The translations under genes were made by a program, and so were the position numbers. Shown one piece after another: positions 34,905-45,416 of a stretch of 51,302 nucleotides of DNA; within the stretch, counting starts at the first letter, position 1, and each line of letters opens with the position of its first letter. Below the pieces are notes generated by a model. The model was not told the origin of the DNA, made no database searches, and was given only the letters and a program-made list of their open reading frames with translations. The DNA comes from a virus (Duplodnaviria; Caudoviricetes): IMG/VR virus record IMGVR_UViG_3300032237_000709, positions 1 through 51,302 of that record; one strand, written 5' to 3'.

Positions 34905-36021
34905 CTATTGTATAATTAAATTGTTTTAAATATTCATTAAGTATTTTTTCTTCTATCTCTTTATCAATAGAATAATATTCCGAAGTATAAACCATTTCTA
35001 ATACTGCTTTTAAACGATACTGAATCATTTCTTCTTCATCAATATTGGGGTTTGAATCTATTTCAGATATTCTGCCTTTCCAAACTAATGGTAAATCTTC
35101 TAATGTAAATTTGTAATCTGTTCCTGATTTATTATATGCATAGTAATAGTCTTTTTTAGGATTTATATTAGTCCATCCTTCTTTATAATCATTATATCCA
35201 TACCTTATTTTAATATTATTTTCAAAGAATCCTACAGGAATATCAATAGCAGGACATTGATTATTATCAATAATAGGTTGAATATGTTGATAACCATCAA
35301 AATGACGACATAGTTCTTTTAAGGGTGATATTGTTTTATGTATAGGTACTGGTTTAATTTCAGCCAATCCAATTCCAAAATAATCAGGGCGAGGTAACTT
35401 AATATTGCTAAATTCTCCTTCAAACCACCATTGATAATATAGATTTTTAGTTATAATTTGAATACTATCAAAATTATTTGAATCTACTGATACGTAATTA
35501 TTATTGATTTTATAAGTAGGATGAAAGTTAGATAAGGGTTGAGGATTAAATCCTTGTTTTACTGTTCTAATACATTCTGGCCAATGAGAAAATCCAACTG
35601 AGCATAATTCTTCATTTTTTATATTATTAGCTAGTAAATTTAAATATTCTTTAGAAGAATCAAAAAATATATGATCATGATTACAATAATACCAAATTAA
35701 GTTATTATCTAGTAATTTATAATCTTCTCTCCAATCATTTTGATATTCATTTCTTTGCCATTTTAATATTAAATTAAATCTATTAAATTCAGTCTTAATA
35801 AATTTTTCTAATTCTGATTGACGATTTTTGTAGATATTATCTAAAGATATTTTTAGAATTACTTTACTCCAATCATAAGCAACCGCTAAACTAGCTAATG
35901 AATATTTAAAAATATCAAAATTAGAGAATAATTTTAAATTTTGTCTAGCATTATGTTTTTGATATCCCCAATTAGGGTTAACTGGGGTTTCTGTAATAAA
36001 TGTGTTGATAAATAATATCAT
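34897..36021 (-). CDS. hypothetical protein (possible glycosyltransferase)
   Basis: 374 aa in operon; CNHDHIF, RHFDGY. Confidence 0.6.
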   Translation of the reverse strand: MILFINTFITETPVNPNWGYQKHNARQNLKLFSNFDIFKYSLASLAVAYDWSKVILKISLDNIYKNRQSELEKFIKTEFNRFNLILKWQRNEYQNDWREDYKLLDNNLIWYYCNHDHIFFDSSKEYLNLLANNIKNEELCSVGFSHWPECIRTVKQGFNPQPLSNFHPTYKINNNYVSVDSNNFDSIQIITKNLYYQWWFEGEFSNIKLPRPDYFGIGLAEIKPVPIHKTISPLKELCRHFDGYQHIQPIIDNNQCPAIDIPVGFFENNIKIRYGYNDYKEGWTNINPKKDYYYAYNKSGTDYKFTLEDLPLVWKGRISEIDSNPNIDEEEMIQYRLKAVLEMVYTSEYYSIDKEIEEKILNEYLKQFNYTIDA

Positions 36022-36377
36022 ATATTAATATTTTTTATTCCAACATTTCTTTTTACATTAATAGCAAATGCTGCTTCTGTCCCATCTGGTTTAAAATCAT
36101 TTATTAGGTACCTAGGTCCACCTCCTACTCCCATTATTAATTGATCATAATATATTCCTAACTGAGATAGTTGTTTTTCTGTTGCTTGTCTCATAGATTC
36201 TTTCCTTCCAGTTAATAATATTATATTATAACCATTGCGTTCCCATTCGTTTAGTTTATCTATAGTGCCTTCTAATAATTCTGGTAAGTATGAATTTTTA
36301 GCTACTTCACTAGGCTTATTATGTTTTACTAAAGTACCATCTATGTCACATATAATTGTTTTTGGTCTGGGGTCCAT
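36018..36377 (-). CDS. minimal HAD-family phosphatase
   Basis: DIDGTL, LTGR, YDQLIMG, IND. Confidence 0.8.
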   Translation of the reverse strand: MDPRPKTIICDIDGTLVKHNKPSEVAKNSYLPELLEGTIDKLNEWERNGYNIILLTGRKESMRQATEKQLSQLGIYYDQLIMGVGGGPRYLINDFKPDGTEAAFAINVKRNVGIKNINI

Positions 36378-37510
36378 TAGATGAATATTATGTTTGAGTT
36401 AATATTTGTTAATATATCGTTCTTTACTTCATCATTATATACTCCTGCTCTTAATATTACTATAGCTTCAGAAATATCTTTTAATATTTTTGGATTTTTA
36501 GATATTAAAGAAGTACCATATAATCTTTTACTTTCTTTTTTAGTATCATTATCTAATAAACAAACTATTTTAGATATATCTAATCCAAATGAAATTAAAT
36601 ATTGAGAAAAAACATGAGCACCAAATAAGTAAATAGGTAAATCTGTTTTATTTATAATTTCATTAATTTTATTTACATCATCTAAATGAGTATTAATATA
36701 TTGTTGAAATGTTAATTTATTTTTTTCATATAATCCCTCTGGTAAGTTTACAGATACATTATTTGATTTTTTTGCACAATAAAATATACTATGATCCTTT
36801 CTAAAGTATTGTTTTTCAACTAATTCAAAATTATATTTATTTAAAAAATATTCTATATATGGTTCTGTAAAGTATATAGTATGTTCAAAATTAATACAGT
36901 TAGTGTAGTTATTTTCTAACATAACTTGCATATTAGGAAGAGTAAATATTAGTAAATCTCCACCATTCATAAAAGAGGATTTATGACTTATAAATTCATC
37001 TGGGTTGTATACATGTTCTAGGACATGAGAGTGAACTACTGCTTCAAATTTTTCATCTGATGTAAATTTATCATCAAAAAATCCTTTAATTACTTTAATA
37101 GGTAAATTAGGGTCTACTGTTGGGTTAGGTTCAATCATGGTCCATTTAACACTACTATCTAATTCTAGATATTTTTCTGCTAGTATACCATGTAACCCAC
37201 CAATCTCTAAAATACTTTTTGGTTTAAATTTATGAACAAAATTAGCAAATGATGTATGATGTTCACTCCATGCTTTTCCTGTTGTACCTGATCCATGTTC
37301 TGCGCTATACACTACATCTAAAGGAAGTAATGGGTTAAGTTGGATCATTCCTGATTCTTTACTTATTTTCCAATTCATATCGGATAATACATCTTCTGAT
37401 GGGGGTTGATCTGTGCATCCCATGAATACGGGAAATTGTTTAAAGGTATATAGATCTTCTAAATCATTATTGCCAAATAACACATCATTATTTCTATTTA
37501 TATAATTCAT
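36377..37510 (-). CDS. class I SAM-dependent methyltransferase (sugar C-methyltransferase-like)
   Basis: LEIGG..G, HVLEH, FEH..YF, C-terminal YLFGA..LDND..K. Confidence 0.8.
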   Translation of the reverse strand: MNYINRNNDVLFGNNDLEDLYTFKQFPVFMGCTDQPPSEDVLSDMNWKISKESGMIQLNPLLPLDVVYSAEHGSGTTGKAWSEHHTSFANFVHKFKPKSILEIGGLHGILAEKYLELDSSVKWTMIEPNPTVDPNLPIKVIKGFFDDKFTSDEKFEAVVHSHVLEHVYNPDEFISHKSSFMNGGDLLIFTLPNMQVMLENNYTNCINFEHTIYFTEPYIEYFLNKYNFELVEKQYFRKDHSIFYCAKKSNNVSVNLPEGLYEKNKLTFQQYINTHLDDVNKINEIINKTDLPIYLFGAHVFSQYLISFGLDISKIVCLLDNDTKKESKRLYGTSLISKNPKILKDISEAIVILRAGVYNDEVKNDILTNINSNIIFI

Positions 37511-38468
37511 TTAATTTATTTTTAATATTATTTTTTATTTTTTGATCAATATCTAGAAATTGAGATTTTATTGTGGATAAAAATTCAGGAGTAGATAAAA
37601 TATAATGACCACATATTTTAATTATATCAGTTTGATTACTATATGGATTAAAATCATCATTTACCCATTTTACCCATTTTTTAGAATCATAACATATCTT
37701 CCAATATGTGTTTAAAATATCAACCATATTAGGTGTAGTCTGTATTTCATCAAGATACGTTTGAGTTTCTATAAGTCCAAATTCAGGTGCTATATTAATA
37801 GCGTCTAGTCCTAAATTAAATTTTTCTTTAATAACGGATACTGGTATATAATCGCCATTGTGTTCTTTAGATAATAAATTGTATTTTTTAGCTACACCAA
37901 TCATTTCAGTTAAGCGTTGGCTGTCGTAGTGGCCTGTTTGATTTGTACCTTTCAATGAAGTACCGGATTGAATTACTAAGTATTTGATTTGATTATATGT
38001 TTCTGGTTTTAAGCGAGATTGGAGTTGATGAAGTAAATCTGCTAATTCATATGGTTCAAAACGTCTAATTGCTTCTTCTGTTCCTACTTCAAATTGTATA
38101 TTGGGATTTATACTATAGCAATAATTAATCATATCTATTGTCCATTCTAATCCATCAGCAAATATAGGAAATTTTTTCCAAGGATCAATATGAATTAAAT
38201 TTAAATATTGGCAATCATATTTTAATGATTCGTATCCATCATCCTCTATTTGTCCTTGTCCTGGTCCAGAATGATCTCGCTGGAGTAATAGTATATTGGA
38301 ATATTTACTAAACTCTTCTGTTGTCCAATTATTTACATATCCTCCATTCCATTCTACTTGGCGACGAGATGGTATTAATCCAATTTTATTTTCTGTTTCA
38401 TTACAAAATTCAACAATAGTGTCTACTACGTTTTTGGACATCGGTCCTATAAAGTACTTTGGTTCCAT
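37494..38468 (-). CDS. GatZ/KbaZ-like (TIM-barrel) sugar-phosphate epimerase/aldolase
   Basis: GPMSKN, SRRQ, RDH.GP, IHIDP, EVGTEE, KEHN.DY, INIAPEFG. Confidence 0.65.
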   Translation of the reverse strand: MEPKYFIGPMSKNVVDTIVEFCNETENKIGLIPSRRQVEWNGGYVNNWTTEEFSKYSNILLLQRDHSGPGQGQIEDDGYESLKYDCQYLNLIHIDPWKKFPIFADGLEWTIDMINYCYSINPNIQFEVGTEEAIRRFEPYELADLLHQLQSRLKPETYNQIKYLVIQSGTSLKGTNQTGHYDSQRLTEMIGVAKKYNLLSKEHNGDYIPVSVIKEKFNLGLDAINIAPEFGLIETQTYLDEIQTTPNMVDILNTYWKICYDSKKWVKWVNDDFNPYSNQTDIIKICGHYILSTPEFLSTIKSQFLDIDQKIKNNIKNKLNELYK

Positions 38469-40006
38469 AATTTTAAATTTTTATATAAATTGTATTTTCC
38501 AAAATTAAATAAAAAGGTATTAAATGGATATTCATGAAGAGGAGCCATATTAATCCATATAATAGAAGTTAATATTTTTATTTTTATTAAATCATATCCT
38601 TGTTCTTTTATAAAGGAATGTAATACTCCTTTACACTCATTTAATTTACTATTAATTAGAATATAACAATTATCTTTAGAGTAATCAAATAAGTTTTTAT
38701 TTACTATATCATGGTTTATAGATAAATTATGATTTAATTTAGCTAAATCATAGTATATATCTCCTACTTCTAAATCATTTGCGAAATCCTGTCTCCAATC
38801 AATGAGTGTAAATCCGGTTTCTGTTTCAATTATATTATCTAAAATAAAATCACCATGAAACTGAGATGGAATTCCTTTACATAACCAATTAGTATCTATA
38901 GAATCTATTAAATCATTTATTGGTGGAATTAATTCTCCATTAATACATTCTTCTTTATCTTTAGCACCGTTTAAGAACTGATTAATTCGTTTTTTAGTTT
39001 TAGTAATATAGAAATCGTAGCATTTAGTTTTAATATTTGGATCAGTTTTAGGTATCCAAAGATTTTGATTTGACCAATTTAAAAACTCTATAAATTTACT
39101 TCTATTTACTGATTTAGAAAATAATTTTCCTTCTGCTTTAGTATATTTATAAAAATTATCAGTAGCACCTATTATTTCAGGAACTAATCCTTTTAAATTA
39201 TAGGCTCTACTTACTCTATTTTTATTAATAGTTTTATCGTAAAAGAATTTAATTACAAATTCATCAAAGAAAAATATAGATTCATCTTTTTTATCTAATA
39301 CATCAATGCTTGAGCTGAATTTTTTTCTAGTTTTAATTAATTCTGAGGTGTTACCTATATCGAACCAATTACCATATGATATTTCTCTGTAATGAAAGTC
39401 AATTTCAGATAGCATATTATTAATAACGTGAATATCAGAAGTATCTTCATGTTTATTATTAATTAATTTTTCTAAATTATAAAAGAATAATTCAAAATCT
39501 TTTACTCCAGCTATTCCAACATATGAAAAATCATATCCTAATTCTCCTTTTTCATTTATTTTAACTAATTTACCTCTATCAAGATTTAATGTTCTATATT
39601 GAGATGAATCTTCTTTATGTGATCCTACAACCCAATTTTTATCTAATTTAGGTATTTTAAAATCTTTTGCAATAGTGTCTGATGCATGAAATATAAAAGG
39701 GCAATTCAATTCGTGTTTACATTGTAATATAGAGTATCCTAAGCTACTACCTTCACCTTTATATTTATCTACTTCTATAAATGTGAAATTTAGATTGGGA
39801 TATGCTAATTGAAGAAATTGTCTTACATGATCACCATAATGACCTAATGTAATTACAAATTTAGTATCTTTAGGATATGATTCTATAATATAAGAAATAG
39901 CGGGTTTATCCGCTACTCTTATAAGACATTTATTAGTATAGTTTGTTAGTTCTCCTAATCTACTACCTAATCCACTTGTTGTTATTAATACTTTATGCTC
40001 TACCAT
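38447..40006 (-). CDS. nucleotidyltransferase fused to kinase/phosphotransferase domain
   Basis: GLGSRLG.LT...NK.L, WFDIG; C-terminal HGDF.LDN, IDWR, YDLAKL. Confidence 0.8.
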   Translation of the reverse strand: MVEHKVLITTSGLGSRLGELTNYTNKCLIRVADKPAISYIIESYPKDTKFVITLGHYGDHVRQFLQLAYPNLNFTFIEVDKYKGEGSSLGYSILQCKHELNCPFIFHASDTIAKDFKIPKLDKNWVVGSHKEDSSQYRTLNLDRGKLVKINEKGELGYDFSYVGIAGVKDFELFFYNLEKLINNKHEDTSDIHVINNMLSEIDFHYREISYGNWFDIGNTSELIKTRKKFSSSIDVLDKKDESIFFFDEFVIKFFYDKTINKNRVSRAYNLKGLVPEIIGATDNFYKYTKAEGKLFSKSVNRSKFIEFLNWSNQNLWIPKTDPNIKTKCYDFYITKTKKRINQFLNGAKDKEECINGELIPPINDLIDSIDTNWLCKGIPSQFHGDFILDNIIETETGFTLIDWRQDFANDLEVGDIYYDLAKLNHNLSINHDIVNKNLFDYSKDNCYILINSKLNECKGVLHSFIKEQGYDLIKIKILTSIIWINMAPLHEYPFNTFLFNFGKYNLYKNLKLWNQSTL

Positions 40007-40337
40007 AGTTATCTTCTAGTCTAACGATATCATCTTCTCCAAAATATTCTCCAAGTTGTATTTCAATGAATATTAGATCTTCAGTACCGGTATTTTTAAT
40101 TTGATGTTTTGCTTCTTTTTCAATATGATAGGTATAACCTGATGTTACAGGAATAACGGTATCATTTAATTTTAATTCACCGCTACCTTGAACTATAGTC
40201 CATACTTCACTACGTTTAAAATGGTATTGATAACTTGGTGCTTGTCCCGGTTTAATAGTAATTTGTTTTACTTTACATAAATTACTATCTAATAAATTTT
40301 CAAATTCACCCCAAGGGCGTTGTTCTTTATAATTCAT
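39993..40337 (-). CDS. cupin, mannose-6-phosphate isomerase type II C-terminal-like
   Basis: RPWG, S.QYH..RSE.W, IEIQ.G.Y.GEDDIVRLED.YGR. Confidence 0.9.
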   Translation of the reverse strand: MNYKEQRPWGEFENLLDSNLCKVKQITIKPGQAPSYQYHFKRSEVWTIVQGSGELKLNDTVIPVTSGYTYHIEKEAKHQIKNTGTEDLIFIEIQLGEYFGEDDIVRLEDNYGRA

Positions 40338-41361
40338 TGTTTGATTGTTTATTTATCCAATTAAATGTTTCATTAACACCTTCATATAATGGACGATCGA
40401 ATTCAACTCCCATTTTTTCTCTATATAATTTATTATCTGAATTTCGCCCTCTCACTCCTACTGGGCATTTAAAGCCATATTTTGTTTTAAATTCATCTCC
40501 ATCAATATTTCTAATAGTAATTGATTTTCCAGATGAATTAATAGCCATTTGAGCAAGTTGATTAATAGTAACCATTTCTTCAGAACCAATATTTACTGGT
40601 CCTAGGAATGATTCTTGTCTCATAAAAGTAAGAACAGCATCAATACAATCTTCAATATAAAGAAATGAGCGTGTTTGTTGACCATCTCCCCATACTTCAA
40701 TTTCTCCTCCATTTAGTGTTTCAGCTGCTTTACGACACATAGCGGCTGGTGCTTTTTCTTTTCCACCTTCCCAGGTACCATATGGGCCGAATATATTATG
40801 GAAACGAGCTACACGAACATCTAAACCATAGTTTCTATTAAATGCTAAGAATAAACGCTCACTAAATAACTTTTCCCACCCATATTCTGAATCTGGATTT
40901 GCTGGGTATGCACTTGATTCCTCACAATTAGGGTTATTTGGATCTAATTGATTATGTTCTGGATACATACATGCTGATGAGCTATAAAATACTCGTTTAA
41001 CTGATTGTTTAGTTGCTTCGTGAGCTACATTTAAATTAATTAAAGCGGAGTTATGCATTACATTTGCATCATTGTTACCTGTAAAGATATATCCTGCTCC
41101 CCCCATATCGGCTGCTAATTGGTATACTTCATCAAATGAATTTTCTTTATCATCTAATGATGTTTGATTTGGTGCAAATATTACTAAACTTACTATTTTA
41201 GGATCTCTAAGATCACCAATTACAAAATCATCTGCTGCTGTCTCCCAGTGTTCAGGATATTTTAAATCTACTCCTCGAACCCAAAATCCTTCTGATTTTA
41301 ATTTTTTTACTAAATGTGAGCCAATAAATCCACCAGCTCCTAATACTAATGCTGTTTTCAT
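40327..41361 (-). CDS. GDP-mannose 3,5-epimerase-like SDR
   Basis: GAGGFIGSHL, LAADMGGAG, SSSAC.YP, YGWEKL, GGKEKAPAA.CRK, GVRGRNSDN. Confidence 0.85.
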   Translation of the reverse strand: MKTALVLGAGGFIGSHLVKKLKSEGFWVRGVDLKYPEHWETAADDFVIGDLRDPKIVSLVIFAPNQTSLDDKENSFDEVYQLAADMGGAGYIFTGNNDANVMHNSALINLNVAHEATKQSVKRVFYSSSACMYPEHNQLDPNNPNCEESSAYPANPDSEYGWEKLFSERLFLAFNRNYGLDVRVARFHNIFGPYGTWEGGKEKAPAAMCRKAAETLNGGEIEVWGDGQQTRSFLYIEDCIDAVLTFMRQESFLGPVNIGSEEMVTINQLAQMAINSSGKSITIRNIDGDEFKTKYGFKCPVGVRGRNSDNKLYREKMGVEFDRPLYEGVNETFNWINKQSNNEL

Positions 41362-41984
41362 AATGTGTTATAAAAATTATTTTGTTTTTCTTGACGTTCA
41401 ATTGTTTTAGGATGAATTAAATCATATCCTTCAGGCAATGGAACTATTGTTTTAGCTCCAACTAAACGCTCATGTACTTTATTTATCCACTTTATTTCAG
41501 GAATATTTTTAAGTATACGGGTTTGATGATCAGGGTAATTAATCCATCCATTTTCATTAATATACCAACCCCATTTATTAATATGTTCAGATGTTAATCC
41601 TTTAACTGTATTAATTCTAGGTACAGCATATAATTCAATATCAGGATTCATTTCTAATATTTGAGGAAGTGATAATATTAATTCTTCCGATAGATATTCA
41701 TCTGCATCGATTTGAAAGATATAGTCGCGTGAGCAGTGCTCTTTTAGATTATTTTTAAATGATGAAAAATCTCCATTTAATTCAAATATAATTCTATGGT
41801 ATTCATATTTAGGCCCAATAACATTATATTTTTCAACTACTTGTTTTACTTCAAAAGTAGCAGTAGAATCCAATTGAACTACTATTTCGTCTTCAGGACG
41901 AATATATTTATTTAATTGTTCTAATAGACGTTCTAACTCAACATGCTCGTTGCATGCTGTAATTGCATAACTAATTGTTGGCAT
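41358..41984 (-). CDS. glycosyltransferase family 2
   Basis: ISYAITACNE, IDADE, PD.Q.R, VHE.L. Confidence 0.85.
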   Translation of the reverse strand: MPTISYAITACNEHVELERLLEQLNKYIRPEDEIVVQLDSTATFEVKQVVEKYNVIGPKYEYHRIIFELNGDFSSFKNNLKEHCSRDYIFQIDADEYLSEELILSLPQILEMNPDIELYAVPRINTVKGLTSEHINKWGWYINENGWINYPDHQTRILKNIPEIKWINKVHERLVGAKTIVPLPEGYDLIHPKTIERQEKQNNFYNTL

Positions 41985-41987
41985 AAA

Positions 41988-42380
41988 TTATTTTTTATTA
42001 AAGTAACCAATATATTCTAACGCATCCATAAAGTTGCGTTCAACAAATTCTTTTTTGGTAGTCATATCTGTCTTACCATCTTTTGATTGTACCGCTGACC
42101 ATTGCCAATCATTTACTGATGTTCCTTCAGCAAATAACATTGATTTATCTTCTAACATTACGCTATTTGGATACCAGTATTTACCATCAGTATCTTTGTA
42201 TTTAAGTGCTTTATATAGTTCTGGTAATGTGGCTTCCATTTGCTCCATATTATTATCATTGATAGTACTATTAGATGTAAATCCACACCCCATACAAATC
42301 CAAATGGTAACAGTACCGTTTGACATTTCACTACATGCGTTTGATCCGCATCTAAGGCAGTCTATTAATTTTTCTGTCAT
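41988..42380 (-). CDS. zinc-ribbon hypothetical protein
   Basis: CLRC..C...CMGC. Confidence 0.75.
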   Translation of the reverse strand: MTEKLIDCLRCGSNACSEMSNGTVTIWICMGCGFTSNSTINDNNMEQMEATLPELYKALKYKDTDGKYWYPNSVMLEDKSMLFAEGTSVNDWQWSAVQSKDGKTDMTTKKEFVERNFMDALEYIGYFNKK

Positions 42381-42440
42381 TATTAAAAGTATTATTTGTA
42401 TAAATATAAATTATCTTTCCTGTATTAGTTGAGTACCACA

Positions 42441-43748
42441 TTAATCTGCTTTTTTAAGTTTAGGTAATTCAATTTTCTTAAGTTGAGGTAATTTAAGTGT
42501 TACTGGTTTTGGAATTTTTTCATCAATTAATTCAATTAATTTTTCACCCATCTTATCTAAACTAAATTCTGTACGTGAACGATACGCTTGTCTTTTTGCC
42601 CCATCAACATAGTTTTTATAATTTTTATAAACATCTTCTAATATTTCAGATGCTTTAACATAATCTACTGTAAACCAACCTGATTCTGGTAGTAACATAT
42701 TTTGTACCACTGCTGAGGAATGGATTTGCGTTACTTGTCCTGGTAATAATGTTGACATTTCAGCATCTAGAAAATCTAAATGGCCACTGTAATTAGAAAC
42801 AATTACTGGTTTTTGGCTGATTGATGATTCAAGTAATGGTCTACCATATCCTTCTCCTTTAGTAAATGATACGTGTGCTTTTACTTTAGGGTGATTATAT
42901 AATTCATTTACTTCACCATCTTCTAATTCACCATGAAGTAGATATATATTTGGTAAATCTTTATCACCAACGTGGATTCGTATTTTATTTATTTTTTCTA
43001 ATATTTCTTCTCTATCCATTACTGAGTAAGTGGCAGATGATGTTTTTAGTATTAGTCCTGGTTTTTTCTTTTTACCTTTAAATGTTTCAAGGAATGTTTT
43101 AATCAACATACCTACATCTTTTCTATCTTGTCCTAATTCTCCTTGTAACCAATGACCAACAAACAAGTAATTAAATTCTTCATTGATAGTATTCAATACA
43201 TCACCCACTTCACTCTTACCTGCTACTGCGTCTAATTTTTGATATATATTTAAATCAACTCCTTCAAATAAAACCTCTACTGGTTTTTCTAATTTGATAG
43301 TTCCTACTACTTGATTATTTTGATTTCTATCACGTTGTTCAAACGCTGAATTTTCAAATACTGTTTTAGCATGTTTAGATGATACTAAAGTTAAGTTCAT
43401 TCTGTTAACACCTTCAATCCAAGTAGCATCACAAATTGTAGTTTCAATACCAGCTGTTATCCCAATGTTGAATTTACCAATTGCTTGAAATTCATTTGGT
43501 ACTGTAATCTGCATCCAAACATCTGGTTGTTTAGGTAATTGTGGTTGTGCCCAAATACAGTCTAGTATTTGTTTATGTTCAGGATTATCTGCTTGTAAGA
43601 ATCCAAATGGAGTACTACCCCATCTTTGTGGTAAGATTTTAATATCGTATTTATCCGATTTTAAAAGCGCTTTTATAATATCTCTACTACGTGCTCCGTA
43701 GCCGCTGTACGTGTCTATTGGACAGCTAATAAAAAATAGTGGTTTCAT
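42441..43748 (-). CDS. GT-B fold glycosyltransferase (GT4-like)
   Basis: SGYG..SR, RK, GEGYGRPLLE. Confidence 0.85.
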   Translation of the reverse strand: MKPLFFISCPIDTYSGYGARSRDIIKALLKSDKYDIKILPQRWGSTPFGFLQADNPEHKQILDCIWAQPQLPKQPDVWMQITVPNEFQAIGKFNIGITAGIETTICDATWIEGVNRMNLTLVSSKHAKTVFENSAFEQRDRNQNNQVVGTIKLEKPVEVLFEGVDLNIYQKLDAVAGKSEVGDVLNTINEEFNYLFVGHWLQGELGQDRKDVGMLIKTFLETFKGKKKKPGLILKTSSATYSVMDREEILEKINKIRIHVGDKDLPNIYLLHGELEDGEVNELYNHPKVKAHVSFTKGEGYGRPLLESSISQKPVIVSNYSGHLDFLDAEMSTLLPGQVTQIHSSAVVQNMLLPESGWFTVDYVKASEILEDVYKNYKNYVDGAKRQAYRSRTEFSLDKMGEKLIELIDEKIPKPVTLKLPQLKKIELPKLKKAD

Positions 43749-43753
43749 ATAAC

Positions 43754-45214
43754 TTATTTTGCGATTGCGTGTTTTACGTAATGTTTTGGTTGTTTTGGTG
43801 TTTCTAATTGAATTAATTCGAATCTATGACGTGGTTCAAATTTAGCGAATGTTGCTTCTATACCTTCAATAATATTATCAGACATATGTTTTGCTGTCAT
43901 CATTGCTTCATCTGAATGGACCCATTTATGAGCAGCTTCGCATTGTTCTTTATATAGTTCTGGATTTTGTGTTTTATTGGTATATAATTTTTCAATTTGA
44001 GCGGCAATATCAAATGGTTCTGCTCTATCATCATAGATATATGGTGTTGGAATTGAACCTACAATTGATATGTTGCTTGGGAATACGGGGTATGCCCATT
44101 TGCCATGTTTCCTATATTTACCCCTATGATTTGAACCGAATTCTTCAGTGAATTTAATCCAATTACCCTCTTTATCTTCAAAGCGCATTTGATCCTGCAT
44201 ACCACCTGTTACTGTTGCGATAATTGGTTTTCCACAAATCATTGCTTCAGTTAGTGACAATCCCCATCCTTCGTTTGAGCTAATTAAAGCACATCCATCA
44301 GTAGCGTTGTAAAGCAAATTCATTATGTTTGATGGGTATTTATTTTCATCAAAGATAATATTGTATTTTTCTTCATTTCCAAATAACATTTCCTTTACAG
44401 CCCATAAATCAGTTCCATTTTCGTCTCTAACTTGGGTATGTAATACTAATGCTGTTTTCTTTGCTTTATCTTCTGGTAGTGTATCAACAAATATTTTCCA
44501 AGCTAGCATTAAATCAGAAACGCATTTACGACGGATGTTACGCGCATTATATAGTAAAGTAAAATCGTATTCTTTTCCATTATATAAATTCTTTTTAAAT
44601 TCTTGTAAAGATAAGTATTCAGGATGTTCAGTTGTAATAGGGAAGAAGAATTTTTCATTGATACCATGTGGAATATATTTAATAACTTTTTCAGCTGCTA
44701 TTTCTTTACCTAATACTGAATGATTGATATTTTCAGTTTGCTTACTAATTGCTAATAAAGCATCACATGACTCATAGTATGATTTATTATACATTGGATA
44801 AGGTAAATCATCCCAAATATTAAGATAAATAATGGGAATTTCCTTTCTAATTTCATGTTCCATTTGAAATAACCAAATCCAATATCTTGGATCAGTAAAC
44901 ATCATTAATGCATCTGGTTTTTCCATTTGGATCATTTGCTTTAATAGCATTGGGTCACCATATCCATGAATTGGATATAATATAACGCTAGCATCATCTA
45001 TACCAGCATGAGTATTTGTGTCACCATTAAGATCAAATCGTTTACCTTGATCTGGGTGGTTAATAGCTCCTCCTAAATTTACCCAATTGTAGTGATGAGC
45101 TGTACCTAATACGATTTCTCTAGCCATTGTAGAGATACCTGATGTCATTCTAATGTCGTCGCAAAGTAATAGGATTTTTTTACGTTGCGCTTGGGGAATA
45201 TAACCTTCTTTCAT
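43754..45214 (-). CDS. GT-B fold glycosyltransferase (GT4-like)
   Basis: RNIRRK, EGWGLSLTEA..CGKPII. Confidence 0.85.
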   Translation of the reverse strand: MKEGYIPQAQRKKILLLCDDIRMTSGISTMAREIVLGTAHHYNWVNLGGAINHPDQGKRFDLNGDTNTHAGIDDASVILYPIHGYGDPMLLKQMIQMEKPDALMMFTDPRYWIWLFQMEHEIRKEIPIIYLNIWDDLPYPMYNKSYYESCDALLAISKQTENINHSVLGKEIAAEKVIKYIPHGINEKFFFPITTEHPEYLSLQEFKKNLYNGKEYDFTLLYNARNIRRKCVSDLMLAWKIFVDTLPEDKAKKTALVLHTQVRDENGTDLWAVKEMLFGNEEKYNIIFDENKYPSNIMNLLYNATDGCALISSNEGWGLSLTEAMICGKPIIATVTGGMQDQMRFEDKEGNWIKFTEEFGSNHRGKYRKHGKWAYPVFPSNISIVGSIPTPYIYDDRAEPFDIAAQIEKLYTNKTQNPELYKEQCEAAHKWVHSDEAMMTAKHMSDNIIEGIEATFAKFEPRHRFELIQLETPKQPKHYVKHAIAK

Positions 45215-45224
45215 GTAAATTTGT

Positions 45225-45416
45225 TTAAATACTTCCTGTAAATTGTGTGTCTAATGTATTATGAATATTTTTTCTGTATTCTTCGTCTGTTAAGTATAGG
45301 AACATTGATCTTTCTGTTAATTTTTGAACGCTGAACTTGTACTTAACACACGCAATTTTAAATTGTTCAAATAGATCTTCAGGGATCTTTACGGATGTTA
45401 ATTGCATTTTTGCCAT
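45225..45416 (-). CDS. ribbon-helix-helix-like small DNA-binding protein
   Basis: LTSVKIPEDLFEQFK...SVQKL; start after ATATTTAT motif. Confidence 0.6.
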   Translation of the reverse strand: MAKMQLTSVKIPEDLFEQFKIACVKYKFSVQKLTERSMFLYLTDEEYRKNIHNTLDTQFTGSI

